Below are positions 50,447 through 62,562 of a stretch of DNA of 64,000 bases, piece by piece; position 1 is the stretch's first letter; each line of letters begins with the position of its first letter. The position numbers and the translations under genes are program-made. Origin of the DNA: Nitrospirales bacterium (GTDB lineage: Bacteria; Nitrospirota; Nitrospiria; Nitrospirales; UBA8639); assembly GCA_963555755.3 (NCBI GenBank), contig OY820905.2, positions 2,784,001 through 2,848,000 on the forward strand, written 5' to 3'. The notes beneath the pieces were generated by a model, which ran no database searches, had not been told where the DNA came from, and saw only the letters and a list, made by a program, of their open reading frames with translations.

Positions 50447-51523
50447 TATGCCTTCCCATTTGACTAAGGTTAGTCCCTAGACTAGTCTGCTGGACTATGG
50501 ACACAGGGTATGCTGCTGATATCTTGGATTTTTCTGTTAGGTTCCACACCGAAGAAGCGTGCTTCGAGTACTTGCGGGCGATTCGGTGGCCAGACGGGTT
50601 TATGTGTCCAGCTTGCGGTCATCGCGGTGGTTGGTGGCTCAAAAAATATTTCCGGTTTGAGTGTTCGTCGTGTCATAGACAGACATCACCGCTAAGCGGC
50701 ACAGTGATGCATAGATCGCACTTGCCGCTACGGCTTTGGTTTTGGGCTGCGGCACAGTGATGCATAGATCGCACTTGCCGCTACGGCTTTGGTTTTGGGC
50801 TGCCTATTTCGTCTCCACGCACACACCTGGCATCAGTGCTGTGCAATTGCAGCGTCAACTCAGTATCAAGAAGGTGGATAAGAAGGTGGATAGCGCCTGG
50901 TATTTGCTCCACAGATTGCGACGAGGAATGGTACGACAGAACCGTGAACGGCTCGCAGGAACAGTTGAAGCCGATGAAACCCATATCGGTGGACCGGTAA
51001 AAGGCAAAACGGGCCGTGGCGTCGCGAAAGCGAAAACCAAGACGTTAATAGCCGGAGCCGTAGAAATTGTCACGTACACACAAGGGGATCACTTTCGAGA
51101 GAAAGCAGGGCGTTTACGATTAGCGATTCTTCAAGACGCTGGAGAGAACGAGATCAAAGCATTCCTCAATAGCCATGTCGCTGAGGGCAGTAAGATCAAG
51201 TCCGATGGTTGGAAGGGATACTCGGCAAAAGCCTTGGCAGGATACGAACACCTGAGACGGACCCAGGGTGACCCAGCAAGTGCTGGGAAGCACGCTCCAC
51301 ACATCCATAGAGCGTTCGGCAATCTGCAGACCTGGCTGAACGGGATTCACCATGGAGTGGATTCAAAATACCTGCAACACTATCTTGATGAGTTTGTCTT
51401 TCGCTATAACCGCCGTGAGACTCCAATGAGTACCTTCCAGAGTTTGTTGAAAATCCTGACCAGCAGCTCAAAACCCTTGGGATTCAATAAACTGAAGCAA
51501 CCTTAGTTAAATGGGAAGGCATA
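50447..51523 (+). mobile_element. IS1595-family insertion sequence
   Basis: 25-bp TIR TATGCCTTCCCATTTRACTAAGGTT (1 mismatch); 8-bp DR TGGGATAA at 50439-50446 and 51524-51531. Confidence 0.92.
50497..51506 (+). pseudogene. IS1595 transposase, frameshifted
   Basis: Zn ribbon RWPDGFMCPAC; VEADET, SDGW, YLDEFVFRYNRR; split by a 53-bp tandem duplication. Confidence 0.88.
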
Positions 51524-52613
51524 TGGGATAAAAAGGCAGGGCTTGAACGATGGCTGTGTCGCGCTGAGGGTCATTTGCGACAGTGAGTTCAGTGTTTGGG
51601 GCGGTAAAATCTCTCAGAGGAAATGCCAAGGCAATGATTTTGTTTAGCGTGGGAGAGTGAGTGGCGCTACTGATCCAGCCAACTTCCCGATCGCCGCTGA
51701 AGATCTTTGTGCCAGGATCGGGAACATGCCCTTCGGGCGAATCAATCACTAACCCTACCAGTCTGCGTTTCACAGCTCCATAGGTGTCCATCCGCGCGAC
51801 GACTTCCTGCCCGGGATAGCACCCTTTCGTTAAGCTAAAGGCTTTGCCTACCAGGTTAGCTTCCGGTGGAACGATGTGTTCATTCAATTCAGGCCCGAGT
51901 TTGGGAATGCCAGCTTCGATGCGAAGGGTTTCCCTTGCTTGAGTACCAAAGGCACGAAGGCCAATGGGTTCTCCAGCTTTCCATAATTGTTCCCACACCT
52001 GTGGAAGGGTTTCAGCGGGAGCGAATAGTTCGAAGTCATGTTCGCCGGTTTCTTCAGTCCTGGCGATGAGTAGTTGATGGCTATTGAAGTCGTGACTCAG
52101 AAAAGAGTGGGTCTTGAGATTCGAGACATCGACCCCAAAAGTTTTTTGAATCAACTGTGGAGCTTCCGGTCCACTTACCAACAGCATCCCCCATCCCTCG
52201 CTGCAATTTTTCATTTTCGCTTTGGTGCCATAGAGCAAAAATTTTCTGAAGGTTTGGAAGGTGGTATCCCCGACCTCACCTGTGTCTTCGACCAAGAGAA
52301 ATTCTTCAAGCTTGTATACGCGGAAATAACTCAGGATCTTTCCTTTGTGCGACATGAAGCTTGAATAAATCCATTGTCCGGTCTGTAGCGGGAGGATGTC
52401 ATTGCTAATGATGCTTTGCAGCCAGGTTACTCGATCGTCACCGGTGACTTGGAGTAAACCGCGATGGGGGAGATCAGCCACGCCTACGCCTTGGCGGACC
52501 GCAAGATGTTCGGCCACAGGGTCGCCATAGTGTGCTGGCATTTCCCAGTCTCCGGCAGGCTCAAACTGTGCGCCAATCGATTCATGCTGTGAATGAAGGG
52601 GCGAGTGTTTCAT
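51507..52613 (-). CDS. ygfZ: GcvT-like / YgfZ folate-binding protein
   Basis: KGCYPGQE signature; GcvT-like fold. Confidence 0.75.
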   Translation of the reverse strand: MKHSPLHSQHESIGAQFEPAGDWEMPAHYGDPVAEHLAVRQGVGVADLPHRGLLQVTGDDRVTWLQSIISNDILPLQTGQWIYSSFMSHKGKILSYFRVYKLEEFLLVEDTGEVGDTTFQTFRKFLLYGTKAKMKNCSEGWGMLLVSGPEAPQLIQKTFGVDVSNLKTHSFLSHDFNSHQLLIARTEETGEHDFELFAPAETLPQVWEQLWKAGEPIGLRAFGTQARETLRIEAGIPKLGPELNEHIVPPEANLVGKAFSLTKGCYPGQEVVARMDTYGAVKRRLVGLVIDSPEGHVPDPGTKIFSGDREVGWISSATHSPTLNKIIALAFPLRDFTAPNTELTVANDPQRDTAIVQALPFYPICLPI

Positions 52614-52993
52614 GACGAGGCTTGGTTGGTCACTTCTTCGAGTAGCGCCAGCGTTCGCGAAGAAAATTCGTTCCGCGAGACAATCTTATCGATGCCCAAC
52701 TCTTTTGCCTTGCGCCAGGTATCGACTTCTTCGTGATTGGCAAATGCGAGAACGGGAATGCGCTTCAATTCTTGGTCTTGTTTCAATGTTTGCAGCGCTT
52801 GGACACCATTCAATGAGTCATCATTCATATTGATGACAATGGCGACGGGCTGAAGCGATTTTGCTTTTTCCTCAATGTCCGCCTCTGATTTCAATCGTTT
52901 GAGCGTGTAGCCGGCTGGCTTAAAGGCATCACGAATTTTTGTATAAAAAAATATATCACTCACGGCGACAAGAACGGTTTTCGTGGTTTCCAT
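52610..52993 (-). CDS. Single-domain receiver-like protein
   Basis: CheY-like pattern; apparent acceptor position reads N (IVINMND). Confidence 0.65.
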   Translation of the reverse strand: METTKTVLVAVSDIFFYTKIRDAFKPAGYTLKRLKSEADIEEKAKSLQPVAIVINMNDDSLNGVQALQTLKQDQELKRIPVLAFANHEEVDTWRKAKELGIDKIVSRNEFSSRTLALLEEVTNQASS

Positions 52994-53034
52994 GATTTAA
53001 CCTGCTGGGAAATTTAATAGGAAATAGTTGGAGC

Positions 53035-53553
53035 TTAGTTCATGAGCGTGATCAGCCGCATCATGGCACGCCTTGCTGCCTCGTACTGGGGGTTTAAGGT
53101 GAACGCGGTTTTGTACGAGTCAATCGCACGATCCCAATCACCTTTTTTCTCATAGATTCGCCCCAGATTCATATGTGGAAAGGCTGGACTTTCATAGCGT
53201 TTGGCTTCGCTAGCCTTTTCCAGCCAGGGGATAGCCTCGTCAAGCTGGTCAAGTTCGATGAAGTATGCGCCAATATCATTGTAGGGGTTGCCGAAATCAG
53301 GATCAGTTTGAATCGCGCGGTGACATTCTTCAATCGCCTCATGCAGTTGTCCCATGAAACTGTAGGTCCAACCTAAAAATGTATAGGCCTCTGCGGTGGG
53401 GAATGTGTCGATCGAGTTCTGGTATAACTTCAATGCTTCTTCCAGGCTTCCCTTCATCTGACATTCATAGGCTTGCTGGAATAAATTCCATGCAGCCATT
53501 TTATCTTCCTGGAGCCCTTCTCCTTGTTGTACGAAATCTTGTATATCCATCAC
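53035..53553 (-). CDS. TPR protein
   Basis: AEAYTFLGW, NPYNDIGAY, PHMNLGRIY repeats. Confidence 0.85.
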   Translation of the reverse strand: MMDIQDFVQQGEGLQEDKMAAWNLFQQAYECQMKGSLEEALKLYQNSIDTFPTAEAYTFLGWTYSFMGQLHEAIEECHRAIQTDPDFGNPYNDIGAYFIELDQLDEAIPWLEKASEAKRYESPAFPHMNLGRIYEKKGDWDRAIDSYKTAFTLNPQYEAARRAMMRLITLMN

Positions 53554-53586
53554 GCTCGTTCGAGTACGGTATCGTAGGAACCGAAC

Positions 53587-54387
53587 TCATTCTCCTTTTA
53601 ATTTTCGATGAACCAATTCAGCTGCACGACGGCCGGATAACAGCATCGACCCAAAGGCCGGTCCCATGCGTGGAGATCCATCGACTGCGGCAACTGCCAA
53701 ACCCGTGACAAAACAGTTTGGAAACACCTCACGGGTATTTTCTACTACCATTGCTTCGGAGCGTGCAACCCACATGGCCCCGTTTCCTGGAACAGTTTGA
53801 TATAAACCACGCTTGTTCAGCAATGCGACAATTACCGCATCGTGGCCAGTGGCATCCACGACGATTTTTGACTCTAGGGCAATAGGGTCAACATGGATTT
53901 TGTCATGCCCGGCCATTTCCGCGGTCGTGCTATTGACCACGACCCCTTCGAGCACACCCTCCCCTCGCAGAATAAGGTCTACAACCATTGTGAGGTTCAT
54001 GACTTTAGCTCCAGCTTCGTAGGCCGAGGCAATCAATCGGGCGGTGGCATGAGGAGGATCAACGATGGTCATACCCGCACATTCTTTGATGGGTTTGCAC
54101 GGAACACCCATGCTTTCAAGAATCTCATTGGCGGGTTCGCACACGGTAGCTTTGTTCATGAGGTAGCCGCCAGACCAAAAGCCACCTCCCAGGGCCAGAC
54201 TCTGTTCGATGAGAAGGGTGCGAACGCCTTTCGACGCTAAATCATGAGCGCAAAGGAGACCAGACGGTCCGCCTCCAACAATGATGACGTCGCTTTCGAT
54301 GAGTTGGTCGAATTCTTTATAATATTCCCGCGCAATGTGGCGAGTGACGTCTCGTTCACGAAGCGGGGTTGGTTGAAGATTTTCCAT
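53587..54387 (-). CDS. thi4: Sulfide-dependent thiazole synthase (Thi4 family)
   Basis: GGGPSG, LGGGFW, HVDP, DATGHDA, PRMGP.FG.MLLSG. Confidence 0.92.
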   Translation of the reverse strand: MENLQPTPLRERDVTRHIAREYYKEFDQLIESDVIIVGGGPSGLLCAHDLASKGVRTLLIEQSLALGGGFWSGGYLMNKATVCEPANEILESMGVPCKPIKECAGMTIVDPPHATARLIASAYEAGAKVMNLTMVVDLILRGEGVLEGVVVNSTTAEMAGHDKIHVDPIALESKIVVDATGHDAVIVALLNKRGLYQTVPGNGAMWVARSEAMVVENTREVFPNCFVTGLAVAAVDGSPRMGPAFGSMLLSGRRAAELVHRKLKGE

Positions 54388-54396
54388 GATGAACCT

Positions 54397-56458
<2,062 letters not shown>

Positions 56459-56601
56459 CTCTCGTGCTTGAATATCCAGTGAATGAGTTATGTTAGTATG
56501 CGCCATTGAGAATTTGGAATTATGCCACAGTCCTCATCTATGAACTTAAGCAGGTGGTATAGGCTGCCGGTTATAGGTGTTGAGGTCACAATGTGGCCCA
56601 T

Positions 56602-56632
56602 AAAAAAAGCCGCCCCGGGAGGGAACGGCTTG
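56602..56632 (-). terminator. Riboswitch expression-platform terminator
   Basis: Minus strand AGCCG..CGGCTTTTTTT just downstream of the aptamer. Confidence 0.75.
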
Positions 56633-56654
56633 CTAGAAGAAGTCTCTATTCATC

Positions 56655-56740
56655 TCCGCTTCCCTACGCTGGTATGATCCAGATCAGGTGGTAAGGGTTG
56701 TCTTTCTCGAAGACTCTCAGCCGCGGGGCTCCCCTAGCTG
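56655..56740 (-). ncRNA. TPP riboswitch
   Basis: Minus strand AGGGGAGC..GCTGAGA..ACCC..ACCTGATCTGGATCATACCAGCGTAGGGAAG upstream of thiC. Confidence 0.95.
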
Positions 56741-56853
56741 TTTATTAAGAGGGAATGGTACGCTTCGCCCCGATCCGTGTCAATCGGCTTGTTGGCGGAA
56801 AGGAGTCTCATCAGTCACGAACTATACCTTCCAGACTCATCAATGTACAAGGT

Positions 56854-57126
56854 GGGACTGTTGAATATTTCACTCCATTGACAATACATACCCCCGTTGA
56901 GAAGAACATTGTTAGCGGAAGGGAATGTTCAAAAAAGCATGCCCTGAGTCTTTCCGAAGGGTCCGTCCAGCAAGGCCGCAGCCATTTTGACGCGCGGAGC
57001 GTACATGGAATACGTGAGCACGGCAAAATGGCGACATGCCTGCGCGAAGCCGCTTCGGCAGGCATGGAACCGCTGGCTTGTCAGCCGTAGCCTTGGCGAA
57101 GGCTGGCGGCTTTTTTCAACATTCCC
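56854..57126. repeat. Family D element, extended, with three nested mini-hairpins
   Basis: Core 56921-57126; inserts at 56938-56961, 57035-57066 and 57077-57105. Confidence 0.85.
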
Positions 57127-57300
57127 AAGGTGGGTATTTCAGACTTGTGGGTACAAAAATGAATCGTGCACCTTATTGGCTGTTGAAAAATTAAGAAATT
57201 TGCTACAATTATTAACTTTAGCTCCCGATTACCCCAGATCAATGGGGTAGAAAGTCGTTGGGGCCATGCCCAATCGTTCAATTTTACTAAAGGTGATGGT

Positions 57301-58404
57301 GTGAATTCACTCCAGGCGATCGAGTTGCCTATATCAGATTATGAAGGTCTGAGCGACGAGGAATTGTTTGAGCGGATCGTTGTGGCCAAGAAAGCCCTAG
57401 GGGATCAGGTCCTCACGCTGGGGCACAACTATCAGCGTGATGAAGTAATCGTCCACGCCGACCTTCGGGGCGATTCGTTGTTGTTATCCAAAATAGCTGC
57501 GGAGCGATCCGAGCATCCCTACGTAGTTTTTTGCGGTGTCCACTTCATGGCGGAAACTGCGGATATTTTGAGCCGAACGAAACAAACCGTTATCTTACCC
57601 GATTTGAACGCTGGTTGCTCTATGGCGGATATGGCGGCGATTGAACAGGTGGATCAATGCTGGGAAGAATTAGGTCGCGTGCTCTCAGTCGAAGATGAGG
57701 TCATGCCAGCGGTGTACGTCAATTCTGCGGCTGTGCTCAAGGCGTTTTGTGGAGAGCATGGCGGCATCACCTGTACATCGTCCAATGCCAAGGCAGTGAT
57801 GGAGTGGGGTTGGGCGCGAAGAGAAAAAATTCTCTTCTTTCCCGATGAGCATCTGGGCCGCAATGTGGCTAACAAAATGGGAATTCCCCGAGAGCAGATG
57901 ATAGTCTGGGATCCGTTTTTGCCGGATGGCGGGAATACCAAAGAGGCGATTCGCAAGGCCCGACTCATTTTATGGAAAGGCCATTGCAGCGTCCATCAAA
58001 TGTTTCAGCCCGCGCACGTTGCCTATTTCAGGAAGACCTATCCGGGTCTTCAGGTGATTGTGCATCCGGAATGCCATGAAAATGTGGTGAATCAAGCGGA
58101 TCTCGTCGGCTCTACTGAGTTTATTATTCGAACGGTGAAACAGGCGAAACCCGGAACGAAGTGGGCCGTGGGTACGGAATTGAATTTGGTAAATCGGCTC
58201 AAACACGAAGAGGTGGACAAGCAGGTGTTTTTCTTGTCATCAGTTGTCTGCCGATGCGCCACCATGTATCGGATCGATGCGTCGCACTTGTGTTGGTGCA
58301 TGGAGAATTTAGCCCAAGGTACGGTCGTGAATCAAATTTCTGTTCCTGATGATGACAAGGCCATGGCTCGAATGGCGCTTGATCGAATGATGGCCGTCAG
58401 CTAA
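57301..58404 (+). CDS. nadA: Quinolinate synthase
   Basis: GHNYQ, FCGVHFMAE, GCSMA, CTSSNA, VHPEC. Confidence 0.95.
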   Translation: MNSLQAIELPISDYEGLSDEELFERIVVAKKALGDQVLTLGHNYQRDEVIVHADLRGDSLLLSKIAAERSEHPYVVFCGVHFMAETADILSRTKQTVILPDLNAGCSMADMAAIEQVDQCWEELGRVLSVEDEVMPAVYVNSAAVLKAFCGEHGGITCTSSNAKAVMEWGWARREKILFFPDEHLGRNVANKMGIPREQMIVWDPFLPDGGNTKEAIRKARLILWKGHCSVHQMFQPAHVAYFRKTYPGLQVIVHPECHENVVNQADLVGSTEFIIRTVKQAKPGTKWAVGTELNLVNRLKHEEVDKQVFFLSSVVCRCATMYRIDASHLCWCMENLAQGTVVNQISVPDDDKAMARMALDRMMAVS

Positions 58405-58432
58405 CCACTATGGATATCTCTCGTCGCATTTA

Positions 58433-58591
58433 AGGGTTCGCGCAACAATAACTTCCTATGCTTGGGTGTTGAGGCGCCTGTCTGGGAAGGCGCGAGGACT
58501 GCGCATACTCCTCGTATGGAAAGGACGAGCAACGCGGCCATACAGGATGGATCGGCGCCCAAGCATAGGAAGTTATTGTTGCGCGAACCCT
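58433..58591. repeat. Family A element, copy 3
   Basis: Perfect 33-bp arms. Confidence 0.9.
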
Positions 58592-58630
58592 AATATCCCG
58601 CCCTTTTTCAGTATCCAGACTGTGTGAACC

Positions 58631-61483
58631 ATGGACTATAAATCTACTCTCAATTTGCCCAAAACTGATTTCCCGATGAAGGGAAATTTGCCGCAACGCG
58701 AGCCGGAGTTTTTAGCGCGTTGGGCTGAGCAGCAGCTCTATCAACGCATCCAGGATTCCCGTGCCGGGAAGCCATTGTATATTCTCCACGATGGACCTCC
58801 CTACGCCAATGGCCACATTCACATCGGCCATGCGCTGAATAAAATTCTCAAAGACATCATTGTGAAATCACGAACCATGGAAGGTTTTCACGTTCCGTAT
58901 ATTCCCGGGTGGGATTGTCATGGGTTGCCCATTGAGCATCAGGTAACCAAGCAGCTTGGCGCCAAGAAAAAAGGTCTGACGGCCACGCAGATTCGACAGT
59001 TGTGCCGCGAGTACGCGGAAAAGTTTTATACTATCCAGCGTGAAGAATTTCAGCGGCTGGGCGTGTTTGGAAATTGGGCGCACCCCTATCTCACGATGAG
59101 CCGAGAGTATGAAGCGACCATTGTTCGTGAATTCGGAAAGTTCGTGGAAAAGGGGGGGGTGTACAAAGGCCTCAAACCGGTGTTGTGGTGCACGCAAGAC
59201 CAAACCGCGTTGGCTGAGGCGGAGGTGGAATATGAAGACCACATCTCGCCATCGATCTACGTCAAATTTCCCTTTCAGGTCAATCCGCAAAAACGATTTG
59301 GCATTGCCGATCTTATGGACGTTGAGAAGGTATCGATGGTCATTTGGACCACGACGCCATGGACCCTGCCAGCCAACCAAGCACTCGCACTGCATCCCGA
59401 CATTGATTATGCCTTTGTACGAGTCGGTGATGAGGTTCTGGTGATTGCTGAAAAGTTGGTCGAGGATGTGGCCAAAGCCTGCGAGTTATCTGACCCCAAC
59501 ATTCTTGGTGTGAAAAAAGGGAAAGATGGATTCGAAGGGCTGGTGTGTGGCCGTCCATTAACCGAAGGCCTATCTCCAATTCTCCTTGGAGACTTTGTCA
59601 CCTTGGAGCAGGGCACGGGCTGTGTGCATATTGCCCCGGGCCATGGCATGGATGACTATCTTCTTACCTTGAAATATAACGCCAATGCCTCAAGCCATGT
59701 CCTTACGGACCCACTTCAAGTCGTCGTGCCGGTGGATGATCGTGGTTGTTTTACGAACGAGTTCGAAGCCTTTGCCGGCCAACATGTGCTGAAGGCCAAC
59801 CCAGAGATTGTGGAAAAGCTACAAAGCCTTGATGTGTTGTTGGGTCATGGAACACTCAATCATTCCTATCCACATTGTTGGCGTTGCAAAAAACCCGTGA
59901 TTTTTCGTGCCACTCAACAATGGTTCGTGTCCATGGAAAAGGGGCAATTACGGGAACGAGCGCTGAGGGAAATCGACAATGTGCAATGGATTCCAGCGCG
60001 GGGCCGCGAACGCATCTATGGCATGATCGGCAATCGCCCTGATTGGTGTTTGTCTCGTCAACGAATTTGGGGAACCCCCATCCCCGGGTTTACCTGCGGG
60101 AAATGCTCGGCCACGTTAGCGGATCCAAAGATCATTGCGCATATTGCGGACTTGGTGAGTGAGCACGGCGCGGATGTCTGGTTCGAGCGGTCGGTTGCGG
60201 AGCTTCTTCCAACGGGCATGGCTTGTTCAGAATGCGGGGGAAAAGAATTCAAAAAAGAACAAGATATTTTAGACGTCTGGTTTGAATCCGGTGTGAGTCA
60301 TGCTGCGGTGGTCAAACCGCAAGGTGAAGGGTGGTGGCCTGCCGATTTATACCTCGAAGGCTCAGATCAACATCGTGGGTGGTTTCATAGCGCCTTGTTG
60401 TCTTCGGTGACGACAGATGGGTCTGCACCATATCGCGCGGTGCTCACGCATGGTTTTGTGTTGGATGGGCAAGGTAAAAAGATGTCCAAGTCCGCGGGCA
60501 ATGTGGTGGCCCCACAGGACGTGATCAAGCAAAACGGCGCGGAAATCCTTCGCCTCTGGGTAGCCGCCCAAGATTATCAAGAAGACCTGCGAATCTCCCC
60601 GCAAATCTTGAAGCAATTAATTGAGGGGTATCGAAAGATTCGAAACACCTGCCGGTATTTATTGAGCAACATTTATGATTACGATCCGTCCAATCCATCG
60701 CACCAAATTGAGATTGATCAATTGCCGGAATTAGATCGTTGGGCGCTGATGCGATTGAACAAGCTCATTCACAACGTGCGGCAGGGGTATGAAGAATTTG
60801 ATTTTCGTCAAATCGTCCATGAACTGGATTATTTTTGTTCAGTGGATATGAGTGCGACGTATTTCGATATTTTGAAAGACCGGATGTACACCTTTCCGAA
60901 AAATTCTCCGCTGCGTCGCGGTTCGCAAATGGTGCTGTACACAATCGTGACAAGTTTAGCTCAACTCATGGCCCCGATCTTGAGTTTCACCGCCGAAGAT
61001 ATCTGGGATGTGCTTCCGGGGAAGAACACGGACCAAGAAGCCAAGCCCAGCGTCCATTTAGAAACATTCCCCGACGTGGTGCCCATCAAAGATCAAGAAG
61101 CGTTAGAAACCCAATGGAAAGAATTGTTGGCCATTCGCACCTTGGTGCTGAGTGCGCTAGAACAACAGCGTCGGGAAAAAGTGATTGGCTCATCCTTAGA
61201 AGCTCAAGTGGTCCTACATGCTTCCCCCGATCGCGCTCGCTTCTTGAAGCGGTATGAACAGGATCTGCCCACATTGTTTATTGTGTCACAAGTGACGGTG
61301 GAGGAAGTCGAAACGATTTCGGCCGATGGTCACTTGGCTGTGGATTCTTCCTTAGGCGTCAGTGTAAACGTCACCAAAGCCGATGGCGAGAAATGCGAGC
61401 GGTGCTGGAATTATCGCCCAACCGTTGGGGTTCACTCTGAACATCCGACATTGTGCGACCGTTGCATTGAGGCTGTCTCGTGA
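58631..61483 (+). CDS. ileS: Isoleucine-tRNA ligase
   Basis: DGPPYANG.IHIGH, KMSKS, C-terminal CERCW..CDRC. Confidence 0.97.
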   Translation: MDYKSTLNLPKTDFPMKGNLPQREPEFLARWAEQQLYQRIQDSRAGKPLYILHDGPPYANGHIHIGHALNKILKDIIVKSRTMEGFHVPYIPGWDCHGLPIEHQVTKQLGAKKKGLTATQIRQLCREYAEKFYTIQREEFQRLGVFGNWAHPYLTMSREYEATIVREFGKFVEKGGVYKGLKPVLWCTQDQTALAEAEVEYEDHISPSIYVKFPFQVNPQKRFGIADLMDVEKVSMVIWTTTPWTLPANQALALHPDIDYAFVRVGDEVLVIAEKLVEDVAKACELSDPNILGVKKGKDGFEGLVCGRPLTEGLSPILLGDFVTLEQGTGCVHIAPGHGMDDYLLTLKYNANASSHVLTDPLQVVVPVDDRGCFTNEFEAFAGQHVLKANPEIVEKLQSLDVLLGHGTLNHSYPHCWRCKKPVIFRATQQWFVSMEKGQLRERALREIDNVQWIPARGRERIYGMIGNRPDWCLSRQRIWGTPIPGFTCGKCSATLADPKIIAHIADLVSEHGADVWFERSVAELLPTGMACSECGGKEFKKEQDILDVWFESGVSHAAVVKPQGEGWWPADLYLEGSDQHRGWFHSALLSSVTTDGSAPYRAVLTHGFVLDGQGKKMSKSAGNVVAPQDVIKQNGAEILRLWVAAQDYQEDLRISPQILKQLIEGYRKIRNTCRYLLSNIYDYDPSNPSHQIEIDQLPELDRWALMRLNKLIHNVRQGYEEFDFRQIVHELDYFCSVDMSATYFDILKDRMYTFPKNSPLRRGSQMVLYTIVTSLAQLMAPILSFTAEDIWDVLPGKNTDQEAKPSVHLETFPDVVPIKDQEALETQWKELLAIRTLVLSALEQQRREKVIGSSLEAQVVLHASPDRARFLKRYEQDLPTLFIVSQVTVEEVETISADGHLAVDSSLGVSVNVTKADGEKCERCWNYRPTVGVHSEHPTLCDRCIEAVS

Positions 61484-62010
61484 ATAATGGGAGGCGTCGG
61501 TATTTGTTGCTGGTGGGCGTGAGTTTGGTCCTGATCGCGTTGGATCAAATTACCAAAATGTTTGTCATGCACACCATGCATTTGCATGAATCGATTCCCG
61601 TTATTCCGGACTTTTTCAACCTAACGTACATTCGCAATCCCGGTGCCGCATTTGGCATCTTCGCATCCACGAACAGCGCCTTTCGACTCATCTTCTTCGT
61701 GAGTACCTCGATTTTCGCGCTGGGCTTACTGGGGACGATTTTTTACCGACTTCACGCCGACGACGTGTGGGGACAGTTAACGGTCTCCAGCATATTTGGC
61801 GGGGCCATCGGCAACCTCATCGATCGACTACGATACGGCGAAGTCGTCGACTTCCTCGATTTCCACATCAGCGGCTATCACTGGCCCGCCTTCAACGTCG
61901 CCGATAGCGCCATCAGCGTCGGCGTAGTCTCCCTCCTAATCATTTTCGCCCTAGAGAAAAAGAAAGAGGAACCACCATCCGAAACCGTGCCACAAGAAAA
62001 TCATCCGTGA
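61480..62010 (+). CDS. lspA: Lipoprotein signal peptidase
   Basis: NPGAAFG, GNLIDR, VVDF, FNVAD. Confidence 0.96.
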   Translation: MNNGRRRYLLLVGVSLVLIALDQITKMFVMHTMHLHESIPVIPDFFNLTYIRNPGAAFGIFASTNSAFRLIFFVSTSIFALGLLGTIFYRLHADDVWGQLTVSSIFGGAIGNLIDRLRYGEVVDFLDFHISGYHWPAFNVADSAISVGVVSLLIIFALEKKKEEPPSETVPQENHP

Positions 62011-62179
62011 ATCGAAAATTAGTCTGTTCTAGTCAAGTCTAAGCCCATTTTTCTCTCCCTCTCTCTCTAATGTCTATACCCTGCGAATCCTTTTCCCGCT
62101 ATCATTAATCACTTGTCCTTGAATACTTAATGTTCGCGCGAGGCCATCAAGAATTGGTGACCATTTTTCAATTGCCCGG

Positions 62180-62300
62180 CACATCCGACTCTCAAACACC
62201 AAGAACGTCACCGCTTCCTGCCAGAGATCACCCTGCCTCGTCTTGGCTTTGTTGAGAGTCAAGCCCAATCGGGTGAGGACCCGACTAACTTCCTCCCCCG
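62180..62300 (-). pseudogene. Possible group II intron reverse-transcriptase remnant
   Basis: LTRLGLTLNKAKTR...VTFLVFE resembles RT subdomains 6-7; boundaries approximate. Confidence 0.5.
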
Positions 62301-62343
62301 CCGCGTCGGGTACATTTCCCCTTTTAATCTCACTCAAAACCCG

Positions 62344-62506
62344 TTAGGGTCCGTCACGCAATAACCGGGACAATTGGCCGAGACGATTGTGGAGCGAGCC
62401 AAGGAGCGAAGAGTACGCACACCGGGAGTATGAAAGCGATGAGCGACGCCGGCGCAGTCCAAAAGCAGCCGGCCAATGGTCCCGGTTATTTCGTGACGAA
62501 CCCTAA
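62344..62506. repeat. Family C element, short single-core form
   Basis: TTAGGGTCCGTCACG / CGTGACGAACCCTAA; homologous to the first half of 3759-4023. Confidence 0.88.
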
Positions 62507-62562
62507 GGTTGTTTCTCGGCACACGGGTTCCCAACGAAAACGCACAGGAGATGTCACGGCCT

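Noticed and set aside
50698..50803. Programmed frameshift in the IS1595 transposase
   Set aside because: The split is fully explained by a 53-bp duplication; no slippery site is needed
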